Assembly: GCA_038823825.1 (NCBI GenBank)
Contig: JAWBCC010000006.1
Location: forward strand, 1-32,000
DNA length: 32,000 nucleotides
Direction: 5' to 3'
From: Candidatus Hadarchaeales archaeon
GTDB taxonomy: Archaea > Hadarchaeota > Hadarchaeia > Hadarchaeales > Hadarchaeaceae
This document shows, piece after piece, positions 19,408-31,970 of the stretch. Position 1 is the stretch's first letter. Each line of letters starts with the position of its first letter. The translations under genes were made by a program, and so were the position numbers. The notes beneath the pieces are model-generated. The model did not search any database. It saw only the letters and a list, made by a program, of their open reading frames with translations, and was not told where the DNA came from.

Positions 19408-20670
19408 TCATCCCTTCTTCAACTCCTCCAAGATTTCCTTTGCTCTATCTACCCTTATCTTCCTCTCCGCAACCATTCTCTCCGCAACGATATCCACGAG
19501 TTCCCCTTCTGCTCCAGCCATCATCGCTATGTTTCTCGCGTGGAGCTTCATGTGCCCTCTCTGTATACCTTCCGTCGCAAGAGCTCTCATAGCCGCAAGG
19601 TTATTCGCAAGTCCTACGGCCGCCATCACCTCTCCCAGTTCCCTCGCGCTTTTAACCCCAAGAATCTTTCTGCAGATTTTCGCCAAAGGATGAACTGCCG
19701 TTACTCCTCCGACTACGCCTACGGCGACGGGGAGCTCCACTTCTCCAAGCAAATCTCCATCGGAAGTTTTCGACCATCTCGAAAGAGGTCTATATCTCCC
19801 ATCCATGGCAGCATAAGCGTGAGCTCCTGCCTCCAGCGCCCTAGTGTCGTTTGCCGTCGCCAGAGCAACCGCTATCACCCCATTCATTATTCCCTTGTTG
19901 TGTGTTACACATCTGAAGATATCTGAAACAGCGAAAGCGTACGCGTCAAGAATGGCCTCGACAACCTCCTCCCCACCGAGAGCCTCTTTAGCGAAGACCG
20001 CTTTGGCCCTTGCGAGTCTGTAGATGGCTAGATTTGAAACTATTCGAAGCCTCACCTTTCCACCTGTGATTTTTTCGAGAAGCGGAGCAACGGCCTCGCT
20101 CATCGTGTTTATAACATTTGCTCCCATCGCATCTCTCACGTCAACGAGAAGATGTACAACCACCATCGGACCTCTTTCTGTCTGTATTTCGCGGGCCTCA
20201 AGATCAACAGCTCCCCCTCCGAGTTTCACGAGAACGGGATCCTGCTCGTTGGCTTTCTTGAGAATCTCTTCCTTTGCCGCTCGGATGTCTGCGCAGGCCT
20301 TTTTCGGATCATTTACGTTTACAAGCTGAATCTGTCCGATCATGACGGGCTGGGTGCTTTCGGTGAAAAATCCCCCCCTCACTCTCGCCATTTTTGCAGC
20401 ATTCGAAGCCGCGGCAACAACGGAGGGTTCCTCTATTGCCATCGGAACGAGATAATCTCTTCCATTTATTCTGAAGTTCGTGGCGATGCCTATCGGAAGA
20501 GGCATTATACCCACGACGTTCTCGATCATTCTGTTTGCTTGATCGAGTGGAAGAAGACCTTCCTTCAAAATTTCTACTTCTTCTTCTGTCAAATCGGCAA
20601 ACTCTTTCACAATTTTCAGTCTTTCTTCCGGTGGCAGCTTGTAAAAACCAGGAAGTTCAGAAGTTTTCAT
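19408..20670 (-). CDS. hmgA: HMG-CoA reductase, class II (bacterial-type)
   Basis: ENVVGIMPLPIGIATNFRINGRDYLVPMAIEEPSVVAAASNAAK matches the class II signature (EEPS(I/V)VAAAS), not the class I signature (TTEGCLVAS). The ORF track extends to 20844. I place the start at ATG 20670 (MKTSELPGFYKLPPEER) because a TTTATAAA box (20695-20702) lies 24 nt upstream, consistent with a leaderless mRNA. Confidence 0.9.
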   Translation of the reverse strand: MKTSELPGFYKLPPEERLKIVKEFADLTEEEVEILKEGLLPLDQANRMIENVVGIMPLPIGIATNFRINGRDYLVPMAIEEPSVVAAASNAAKMARVRGGFFTESTQPVMIGQIQLVNVNDPKKACADIRAAKEEILKKANEQDPVLVKLGGGAVDLEAREIQTERGPMVVVHLLVDVRDAMGANVINTMSEAVAPLLEKITGGKVRLRIVSNLAIYRLARAKAVFAKEALGGEEVVEAILDAYAFAVSDIFRCVTHNKGIMNGVIAVALATANDTRALEAGAHAYAAMDGRYRPLSRWSKTSDGDLLGEVELPVAVGVVGGVTAVHPLAKICRKILGVKSARELGEVMAAVGLANNLAAMRALATEGIQRGHMKLHARNIAMMAGAEGELVDIVAERMVAERKIRVDRAKEILEELKKG

Positions 20671-20694
20671 CAAAGATAATTGCTTCAGTGCAGA

Positions 20695-20702
20695 TTTATA
20701 AA
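20695..20702 (-). promoter_or_regulatory. TATA box (TTTATAAA) for the HMG-CoA reductase gene; leaderless spacing
   Basis: 24 nt between the box and ATG 20670, with no Shine-Dalgarno sequence. This supports the shorter start. Confidence 0.45.
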
Positions 20703-20735
20703 TTAACACACGGAAGTGCTGAATCGTTACATACA

Positions 20736-21515
20736 TTATGGTGAAATTATCTGCGCTTCTCTCACACTTAAATCGGGCTCGATGATCAACATCTGGCCCA
20801 ATTCTATTTTCTCCCATTTTTCTTTGGTTAACTTTTCTGAGCATACCAGCACGGCTTTCTCACCCTTTAATGATTTGCTCCGCAATAGTGCTTTAGTCTC
20901 ATCCGATGTAAATTCAAACAAACCTGGCTCGGATGGGTCTCTTTTTAGGAAAAACAGCGAGTAATAATCCTCCGCATATTTTGAATATCTAAACGAGTAA
21001 AGGCGTTCTCCATCAGAGAGCAAAAAGTTCAATCCGCCGTAGCTTTTTTTCGCAACTTCCTCGATGGCTTTCTTTACTCCTTCTTCAAAATCTTCACTTT
21101 CTTCGATGCATTGCAAAATCCAGTAGAAATAAACCTCTGAATCGGTTTTCCCTTCTATTTCTCTTTTATATTCGGAATTTAAGAGCTGGAGCAAATATTC
21201 CCTATCACAAACCCCATTATGAGCAAACAGCCAGTTTTTATACGCAAAGGGATGCGAGTTTCTTTTCGATGGTGGAGCTCCCGATCCCTTTCTTACATGA
21301 GCAATAATGATATGCGACATGACTTCCCTGGATAGTTTGAGAGATTTCTCACTGCGCGCGCGTATTCCTTCTTTGAAAATTTTGGGATGACCGTTTTCAT
21401 ACCATCCAATTCCCCATCCGTCGGGATTACTCATTGAAAATTTCTCAACAAATTTTCCTAGCGAAAATTCGATATCCACGGGCTTGCTTGCTATTAATCC
21501 CAATAGTCTACACAT
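20736..21515 (-). CDS. Class II (Ntn) glutamine amidotransferase, YafJ-like
   Basis: MCRLLGLIA... gives the Met-Cys nucleophile start typical of Ntn amidotransferases, followed by DGWGIGWY, RNSHPF and FAHNG motifs. The ORF track starts 4 codons upstream (ATG 21527, MERKMC). The true start is ambiguous. Confidence 0.8.
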   Translation of the reverse strand: MCRLLGLIASKPVDIEFSLGKFVEKFSMSNPDGWGIGWYENGHPKIFKEGIRARSEKSLKLSREVMSHIIIAHVRKGSGAPPSKRNSHPFAYKNWLFAHNGVCDREYLLQLLNSEYKREIEGKTDSEVYFYWILQCIEESEDFEEGVKKAIEEVAKKSYGGLNFLLSDGERLYSFRYSKYAEDYYSLFFLKRDPSEPGLFEFTSDETKALLRSKSLKGEKAVLVCSEKLTKEKWEKIELGQMLIIEPDLSVREAQIISP

Positions 21516-21738
21516 TTTTCTTTCCATAAGCTGTTTCGGGCGGGAAATTTATAATTTCGCCTTGGCCTAGCGTGGGAATTCCACACCCGAGGTAATCGCG
21601 GTAATGTTATCCGAGATTATGTCGGAGACGCTATTGATCAACACAGAAATCGGCGAGAGATCGTGGATGTTATCTTCGGAGGTTGCAGATACTGAAACAC
21701 ATATTATTTATGTTAAGCTTTCAAAAAATGGATAAAAC

Positions 21739-24660
21739 TCAAGAAATCTTCCTCAACAAAAGTCTGACCTTCACCCCGTTAACATCCCAGTCTCTCAAAT
21801 AACCTTCTTCAGAAACTTCTCCAATCCTCGAGACCTTGAGATTTCTAATTCTAACTTCTCTCTTTATGTAGTCCTGCTGGGAAACTATCGAGGCAAACTC
21901 TCTCTCCTCATCAACACCCACCACCGCGTCCACTCTTTCCTCCATCCCGAGATTCATCTCCTTTCTCATCATCTGAAATCTTCTCACGATCTCTCTGGCG
22001 AAACCCTCAGCCTTAAGCTCTTCTGTTATCCGGATGTCCACCCCAACTCTGCCAACTTCGATTTTCTCAACAACAAGTCCCTCCGGGAATGGAATTTCTG
22101 GAGAAATCACCTCCAGTTCCTTACAGTTGACTTGTTTCTTTAGAATTTCCTCAAGCCCGGAGATATCAACTTCTGTCTGAACGACCACCTTCTTGACTGG
22201 CCACCTCAGCTTCAATCCATTCTCTTGCCTTATCTTCGCCACGGCATCGACAAACTTCCTTACGGTCTCCATCCCCTTCTCCAGCCTCTCGTCTATCAGT
22301 CGCTCGTCGACCGAAGGCCAAGAAAGCATGTGAACACTCGGAGGAGCTGAAGGAGAAACAGACCTAACGAGATCCGTATAGATAACTTCTACGATGTGTG
22401 GAACAAAGGGAGCGAGAAGCCTTACCAGAGTCTGAAGGGTATGATAAAGCACATAGTACATCGCTTCTTTTCCCGGATCTTCGCCTTCAATCCAAGCTCT
22501 TTCCCTCACGAGCCTGACATACCACCTGCTCAGGTCCTCGACGATGAAGTCGGAGATCCTTCTAGTGGCAACGTGGAGCTCGCACCTTTCCATTGCGGAT
22601 GTTACATCCCTAACAAGAGCATTCAGCCTCGATAAGAGCCACTTGTCCTCAACCTGAAACTCAACCTTCCTCTTTCCCGGTTCAAACCTATCAAGAGACA
22701 TGTAGGTCGTGGAAAAAACATGGACGTTCCAGAGGATGTTCAGCACTCTTTTCGCTTGCTCAACGCCCTTCCAGCTGAACTTGAGATCCTCCCAAGGCGG
22801 ATTGACGGAAAGAACGTATAAACGCAGGGGGTCTGCCCCAAACTTCTCAAGCACTTCTTCTGGCTCTATAACGTTTCCCAGAGATTTCGACATCTTCCTA
22901 CCGAACTCGTCAAGAACAAACCCGTGCATGAGAACTCTTCTGTAGGGAACATCGTCGAAAACCGCCACAGACAGAACCTGCTGGCTGTAGAACCACTTAG
23001 TCACCTGATCTTCTCCTTCAACTATGAAATCCCTTTTCCATCCATTCTCGCTTTCAGAAGCCCACGCAGCCACGCCCGAATCAAACCAAACGTCCAGAAC
23101 ATCCGGAATTCTCCTTGCTCTTCCCCCACACTCGCACTTCAGCTCAATCTTGTCAACAAAAGGCTTGTGAAGGTCTATTTCCGCGGAAATCTCGGAGGCC
23201 GCCCTCTTCTTCAGCTCTTCGATGCTACCGACGACTATCGTTCTTCCGCAGTTTCCGCAAATCCATATCGGAATTGGAATTCCCCAGTATCTCTGTCTGG
23301 AAATGCACCAGTCGCCTACGGATTCGACACCATTGACATACCTCATCTTCACCCAGGATGGAACCCATTCGACGCTCTCATTTTTCTCCAGAATTTCCTT
23401 TTTCAGATCTTTGACGAAGAGAAACCACTGCTCCGTCGCCCTGAATATAAGTGGAGTGTGACATCTCCAGCAGAGTGGGTAAGCGTGAACAATTCTGCCC
23501 TTTTTCATAAGAAGACCTTTTCTTTCCAAATCCCGCAGAATAACCTCATCCGCTTCCTTCACAAAAATTCCCGCATACTTTCCAGCTTCACTCGTGAATT
23601 TCCCGTCTGGGCCAACGGGACTGAAGATCGGAAGGCCGTATTCTTTTCCAATAACATAATCCTCCTCACCGTGACCAGGAGCGGTGTGAACGCATCCCGT
23701 TCCTTCCTCAAGCGTCACGTGGGGGCCGCATATAACACGATGGTGTTTCACAAACTCTTTCTGCCTCGGGACTTCCTCCAAAAGAGGATGCTCATACGGC
23801 AAACCCTCGAGCTCTTTTCCCCTCATCCTTTCCAAAATTTGATATTCTCCGAAACTCAATTCTGCTGCAACTCTATCTAGAAGCCCCTCCGCCAGAATGT
23901 AAACATTTTCACCAACCTTCACCTTCACGTAGTCAAAGTCGGGATGGACGCAAACCGCTAGGTCGGCCGGAAGCGTCCATGGTGTTGTGGTCCAGATGAG
24001 CAAATACTCATTCTTCCCTCCCTTCATTTTGAACCTGACGAAAATCGATGGATCTGAAACTTGCTCGTATTCTCCTCTCACCTCATGTTCAGCGAGCGCC
24101 GTTTCGCACCTCGGACACCAGTGAATAACTCTCACATCCTTTCCGATCAAGCCACGCTCATAAGCTTTCTTGAAAGTCCACCAAGCTTTCTCTATGTAGG
24201 CATTCTCAAGGGTCATGTATGGCTTATCCCAGTCCATCCAAACCCCGAGCCTCTTAAACTGCTCCGTCATTATTGAAACATGTTCAATTGCCCACTGCTT
24301 ACATTTCTTAATGAACTCTTCAACCCCGATAACCGTCTCGATATCCTTCTTCGATTTTATCCCAAGGAGTTCCTCAACCTTTACTTCGATCGGAAGACCG
24401 TGACAGTCCCAGCCCGGCTGTCTTGTAACATCAAATCCTCTCATCGTCATAAACCTCAGAATCGCATCCTTGATGATTTTGTTCCACGCAGTTCCGAGGT
24501 GAATGGATCCACTCGCGTAAGGTGGTCCATCTAAGAAGTTCCAGACTTTCCCACCTTTTCTCGACTCCTTGATCTTGGCGTATATCCCGGCAGAACTCCA
24601 CCACTCCTGTATTTCCTTTTCAAACCTTGCAAAGTCGTAGACCGCATGGGCTGGTTTCAT
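21739..24660 (-). CDS. ileS: Isoleucyl-tRNA synthetase
   Basis: GPPYASGSIHLGTAWNKIIKD (HIGH region), PGWDCHGLPIE, the CP1 editing block TTTPWTLPAD, KMSKSLGN, and Zn motifs CPRCETAL and CWRCHTPL. The track start is GTG 24666; ATG 24660 has AAGGTG 5 nt upstream. Confidence 0.93.
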   Translation of the reverse strand: MKPAHAVYDFARFEKEIQEWWSSAGIYAKIKESRKGGKVWNFLDGPPYASGSIHLGTAWNKIIKDAILRFMTMRGFDVTRQPGWDCHGLPIEVKVEELLGIKSKKDIETVIGVEEFIKKCKQWAIEHVSIMTEQFKRLGVWMDWDKPYMTLENAYIEKAWWTFKKAYERGLIGKDVRVIHWCPRCETALAEHEVRGEYEQVSDPSIFVRFKMKGGKNEYLLIWTTTPWTLPADLAVCVHPDFDYVKVKVGENVYILAEGLLDRVAAELSFGEYQILERMRGKELEGLPYEHPLLEEVPRQKEFVKHHRVICGPHVTLEEGTGCVHTAPGHGEEDYVIGKEYGLPIFSPVGPDGKFTSEAGKYAGIFVKEADEVILRDLERKGLLMKKGRIVHAYPLCWRCHTPLIFRATEQWFLFVKDLKKEILEKNESVEWVPSWVKMRYVNGVESVGDWCISRQRYWGIPIPIWICGNCGRTIVVGSIEELKKRAASEISAEIDLHKPFVDKIELKCECGGRARRIPDVLDVWFDSGVAAWASESENGWKRDFIVEGEDQVTKWFYSQQVLSVAVFDDVPYRRVLMHGFVLDEFGRKMSKSLGNVIEPEEVLEKFGADPLRLYVLSVNPPWEDLKFSWKGVEQAKRVLNILWNVHVFSTTYMSLDRFEPGKRKVEFQVEDKWLLSRLNALVRDVTSAMERCELHVATRRISDFIVEDLSRWYVRLVRERAWIEGEDPGKEAMYYVLYHTLQTLVRLLAPFVPHIVEVIYTDLVRSVSPSAPPSVHMLSWPSVDERLIDERLEKGMETVRKFVDAVAKIRQENGLKLRWPVKKVVVQTEVDISGLEEILKKQVNCKELEVISPEIPFPEGLVVEKIEVGRVGVDIRITEELKAEGFAREIVRRFQMMRKEMNLGMEERVDAVVGVDEEREFASIVSQQDYIKREVRIRNLKVSRIGEVSEEGYLRDWDVNGVKVRLLLRKIS

Positions 24661-24732
24661 GCTCACACCTTCCTAAACTCTTCTACCTAACAGTTTTAAG
24701 ATTGAGCGTGATTGTTTTGAATAGGTGAAGTG

Positions 24733-25698
24733 ATGGTCGGAGAGGAATTCGAAATCTGGGTTGAGAAGTACAGACCGAAGAAACTCGACGAAATAGTCGG
24801 ACAGGATGAAGTTGTAGCCAGGTTGAAAACTTTCGTTGAAAAAAAGTCGATGCCCCATCTCCTTTTTGCCGGACCGGCCGGGACCGGAAAAACAACCGCT
24901 GCGCTCTGCATCGCCCGGGAGCTTTTTGGGGAAAACTGGAAACAGAACCTTCTTGAGCTAAACGCCAGCGATGAAAGAGGGATTGATACGATTAGAACAA
25001 AGGTGAAAGATTATGCGAGAACCCGCCCAATAGGTGACGTTCCCTTTAAGATCATCTTGCTAGACGAAAGCGATGCCCTCACACCAGATGCCCAGCATGC
25101 TCTAAGAAGAACAATGGAGATGTACACTCACACGTGTCGCTTCATCTTGGACTGCAACTACTCAAGCAGGATAATTGAACCAATCCAATCGAGATGCGCC
25201 GTTTTCAGGTTTAGAAGACTCACAGACGATGACATAAAGAAAATGCTCAAAAGAATAGAGAAAGCCGAAGGTTTGACGATTGACCCTAAAGCATATGACG
25301 CAATTGCCTACGCCGCACAGGGAGATATGAGAAAAGCGATAAACATACTGCAGGCTGCGGCCGCGCTCAAAAAGAAGGTCGATGAAAAGTCCGTCTATGC
25401 TGTCACATCGATGGCGGACCCGAAAGAAGTAAGGGAGATCTTGGACCTCGCTCTAGCCGGAAAATTCTCGGAGGCAAGAGAAAAGCTTCATGATCTGCTA
25501 ATAGAATCCGGACTCGCCGGCGAAGATGTGCTCGAACAAATCCACAGACTAGTTTTCGATTTGGACATTCCAGAGGAGAGAAAGGTCGAGCTTGTTGATA
25601 AAATAGGAGAGTTTTCATTCAGGATCGTCCAAGGGGCGAACGAAGTCATCCAGCTTGAGGCCTTTCTCGCCCATCTCTCGTTAATGGGAAAGAGCTGA
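24733..25698 (+). CDS. rfcS: Replication factor C small subunit
   Basis: WVEKYRPKKLDEIVGQ, Walker A GPAGTGKTT, DEAD-like LLDESD, SRC motif QSRCAVFRF. The track start is GTG 24730; ATG 24733 has GGTGA plus 4 nt upstream. No intein. Confidence 0.93.
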   Translation: MVGEEFEIWVEKYRPKKLDEIVGQDEVVARLKTFVEKKSMPHLLFAGPAGTGKTTAALCIARELFGENWKQNLLELNASDERGIDTIRTKVKDYARTRPIGDVPFKIILLDESDALTPDAQHALRRTMEMYTHTCRFILDCNYSSRIIEPIQSRCAVFRFRRLTDDDIKKMLKRIEKAEGLTIDPKAYDAIAYAAQGDMRKAINILQAAAALKKKVDEKSVYAVTSMADPKEVREILDLALAGKFSEAREKLHDLLIESGLAGEDVLEQIHRLVFDLDIPEERKVELVDKIGEFSFRIVQGANEVIQLEAFLAHLSLMGKS

Positions 25699-25734
25699 TA
25701 TCATAAATCGCGGATTTTTGCCGCTATCAACTGG

Positions 25735-25746
25735 AAAAAGAAAAAA
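25735..25746 (-). terminator. Oligo-T terminator of the rRNA operon (TTTTTTCTTTTT on the minus strand)
   Basis: A T6-C-T5 tract immediately 3' of the 23S processing helix. Archaeal RNAP terminates at such tracts. The convergent rfcS has its own T5 tract at 25715-25719. Confidence 0.55.
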
Positions 25747-25761
25747 TGAGCCACGCACAGG
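25746..25761 (-). other. 3' strand of the 23S processing helix (pairs with 28824-28840)
   Basis: + strand ATGAGCCACGCACAGG (25746-25761) versus + strand CCTGTGCGTGGCATCAT (28824-28840). The pairing is 11 perfect bp (CCACGCACAGG/CCTGTGCGTGG), extended to 15 bp with a 1-nt bulge, and brackets the whole 23S. Confidence 0.75.
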
Positions 25762-28823
<3,062 letters not shown>

Positions 28824-28840
28824 CCTGTGCGTGGCATCAT
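28824..28840 (-). other. 5' strand of the 23S processing helix
   Basis: See the partner feature at 25746-25761. Confidence 0.75.
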
Positions 28841-28909
28841 CTTGCGTTTTGAACGCAATTCGCCATCAGCACAGAGAGCTCGCACTCTCCATGCCTCATC
28901 TTCCAGATG

Positions 28910-28982
28910 TGGACCCGGCGGGACTCGAACCCGCGACCTCCGGCTTGCAAAGCCGGCGCTCTACCAGCTGAGCTACAGGCCC
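28910..28982 (-). tRNA. tRNA-Ala (anticodon UGC) in the 16S-23S spacer
   Basis: Reverse complement: GGGCCTGTAGCTCAGCTGGTAGAGCGCCGGCTTTGCAAGCCGGAGGTCGCGGGTTCGAGTCCCGCCGGGTCCA. It folds as a full 73-nt cloverleaf with a 7/4/5/5-bp arm pattern, anticodon loop TTTGCAA, the G3:U70 Ala identity pair and the T-loop TTCGAGT. CCA is not encoded and there is no intron. Confidence 0.97.
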
Positions 28983-28988
28983 TCCGAG

Positions 28989-29010
28989 GGTTCGGTAACC
29001 CCCTCAAAGG
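28989..29010 (-). other. 3' strand of the 16S processing helix (pairs with 30549-30570)
   Basis: + strand GGTTCGGTAACCCCCTCAAAGG (28989-29010) is nearly the reverse complement of + strand CCTTTTCAGGGGTCACCGAACC (30549-30570). This gives a ~22-bp helix with two G-U pairs and a 2-nt internal mismatch, bracketing the 16S. Confidence 0.75.
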
Positions 29011-29021
29011 AGAGGAAACTC

Positions 29022-30514
<1,493 letters not shown>

Positions 30515-30548
30515 TGGCCTGCAAGGCCTTTGGCGGGAGAATACCACT

Positions 30549-30570
30549 CCTTTTCAGGGGTCACCGAACC
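30549..30570 (-). other. 5' strand of the 16S processing helix
   Basis: See the partner feature at 28989-29010. Confidence 0.75.
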
Positions 30571-30748
30571 TATCTCGGACCCGAGCGTCCAGCTGCCTGG
30601 TTTGTTCGGGCCCACATCTCTGGCAAGTCCACACCAAGAGAGCAATCCCTCACTGCTGGACGATTGTCCAAAGCTCCGGATTGACGCCCCACCGCGCGGT
30701 GTGGACCAATTTAAACCTAAGTACTCTTTGACTTTTAAGTTTTACGCG

Positions 30749-30758
30749 ATATTTAAAG
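30749..30758 (-). promoter_or_regulatory. Candidate rRNA operon promoter TATA box (TTTAAATA on the minus strand); a second box TTTAAATT lies at 30708-30715
   Basis: AT-rich archaeal TATA-like octamers sit ~235 and ~195 nt upstream of the 16S 5' end, immediately downstream of the ferredoxin stop. The TSS is not determinable from sequence. Confidence 0.5.
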
Positions 30759-30780
30759 CTCTAGAGCCATTTCTAAAAGA

Positions 30781-30957
30781 TCACGGAAATGAAATGGCTC
30801 CCTTAGGACAGGCTGCCTCACATGCCCTGCACTCTAAACAATCTTCTGGTCTTGCCACATCCGCTTTCTCATTAATTATGTCAAAGACATTTGCCGGACA
30901 AACTTCTGCGCACCTTCCACAACCATCACATTTTTTTACATCGACTTCTGGCGGCAA
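30781..30957 (-). CDS. Small 2x[4Fe-4S] ferredoxin (58 aa)
   Basis: Below the ORF-track size cut-off. Translation: (M/L)PPEVDVKKCDGCGRCAEVCPANVFDIINEKADVARPEDCLECRACEAACPKGAISFP*. It has two CxxCxxCxxxCP motifs. TTG at 30957-30955 is the only start that keeps both clusters, because an in-frame TGA lies 3 codons upstream. The GGAGGTGAT Shine-Dalgarno sequence lies inside the last codons of rps17e, 6 nt upstream of the TTG. Stop TGA at 30783-30781. Confidence 0.75.
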   Translation of the reverse strand: MPPEVDVKKCDGCGRCAEVCPANVFDIINEKADVARPEDCLECRACEAACPKGAISFP

Positions 30958-30959
30958 AA

Positions 30960-31157
30960 CTAATCACCTCCTTTTTGCTGTTGAATGAGCGTGCTTATAT
31001 ATCCTGCTATTCGGTTGCGGATGGGTTTTCCAAGATGCGGAAGGAGTTCGTCCACGATTTTTTTGTTTTGCTCAAAGTCTGTTCCGAATTTTTCCGGATA
31101 TTTTTGTAGGAGTTCCCTCGCCGCCCTCTTTATGAACGTCGTTCTCACACGCCCCAT
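30960..31157 (-). CDS. rps17e: 30S ribosomal protein S17e
   Basis: MGRVRTTFIKRAARELLQKYPEKFGTDFEQNKKIVDELL... is the conserved eS17 N-terminus; 65 aa. The ORF track extends to 31262, but ATG 31157 has GGAGGTGA plus 4 nt upstream. Confidence 0.9.
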   Translation of the reverse strand: MGRVRTTFIKRAARELLQKYPEKFGTDFEQNKKIVDELLPHLGKPIRNRIAGYISTLIQQQKGGD

Positions 31158-31235
31158 CTGGTCACCTCCAATTGATTGGATGCTCTGCATTTTAACCTTA
31201 ATCTTTCGGAGAACTAGGATTTTGGGGATGAATGT

Positions 31236-31970
31236 ATGAGGCTGGTGGATTGCCACGCACACCTCGCGGAGTTGTTAAATCTAGACCAAGAGCTTGAGAA
31301 AGCTAAAGAAGTCGGCGTGCGGGCTATCGTAGCGGTTGGAACAGATAAAACTTCTAATGAAATCGTGAGACGGATTTCCGAAAAGTATCAAGGATATGTA
31401 TTTCCAGCTTTGGGGCTTCATCCGTGGAATCTGGGCAACGATATTGAGAAAGAAGTTCGATCGATCGAAAAACACATCGAAGAATGCATCGCGCTTGGTG
31501 AGGTCGGATTGGATTTCAAATATCAGACACCGAGAGAACTGCAGACTAAGGCTTTTTCTCTAATACTCGATCTGGCCAGTCGCTACGATAAACCAATCAT
31601 AGTACACTCGAGATGGGCGTGGCGTGAAGCTTTTGAAATGGTAAGGGATGTTGGAATCAAGAGAGCGGTTTTCCACTGGTATAGCGGTCCGCTTGACGTC
31701 ATGCGAGAAATTTTGGCTGAGGGATATTATATTTCGGCAACTCCGGCCGTTGAGTTCAGTGAAGCGCACAAGAGAGCGATTAGAGAAACTCCTCTGGAGA
31801 GGTTACTGCTTGAGACGGATTCTCCTGTGAAGTATCGTGGGGTCCCATCGGGTCCACAAGATATCACAAAAACGCTTGAAGGTGTGGCGCGGCTCAAGGA
31901 GGTGGAAAAAGCCAAAGTCGCAGAAATCACAACAGAAAATGCCACTGAATTCTTTAATATTAAGCTTTAG
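31236..31970 (+). CDS. TatD-family metal-dependent hydrolase/DNase
   Basis: 244 aa. MRLVDCHAHL (HxH motif), GEVGLDF, IVHSR, FHWYSG and LLETDSP motifs in TatD order. Confidence 0.85.
   Translation: MRLVDCHAHLAELLNLDQELEKAKEVGVRAIVAVGTDKTSNEIVRRISEKYQGYVFPALGLHPWNLGNDIEKEVRSIEKHIEECIALGEVGLDFKYQTPRELQTKAFSLILDLASRYDKPIIVHSRWAWREAFEMVRDVGIKRAVFHWYSGPLDVMREILAEGYYISATPAVEFSEAHKRAIRETPLERLLLETDSPVKYRGVPSGPQDITKTLEGVARLKEVEKAKVAEITTENATEFFNIKL

Noticed and set aside
20671-20844. 58-codon N-terminal extension of the HMG-CoA reductase ORF, and similarly the 35-codon extension of rps17e (31158-31262).
   Set aside because: The extensions have no similarity to the respective families. The internal ATGs have a proper TATA spacing (HMGR) or a perfect GGAGGTGA Shine-Dalgarno sequence (S17e). 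The HMGR extension would also overlap the upstream gene's 3' end and promoter.
21575-21582. GGAATTCC palindrome and other short palindromes, for example TTCGAA inside coding regions.
   Set aside because: 8-bp palindromes are expected by chance at this length. Only the copies positioned at promoters (6548-6643) were retained as a finding.
21604-21735. 43-codon + strand ORF (MLSEIMSETLLINTEIGERSWML...) in the ileS/amidotransferase spacer.
   Set aside because: No Shine-Dalgarno sequence or TATA at a suitable distance, no motif, and it lies opposite to both flanking genes. It is kept only as part of the low-interest unassigned-spacer note.
25699-25750. Looked for a 5S rRNA downstream of the 23S, and for extra tRNAs in the operon flanks.
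   Set aside because: Only ~50 bp separate the 23S flank from the rfcS stop. That stretch consists of terminator T-tracts and a small hairpin, with no 5S-like sequence.
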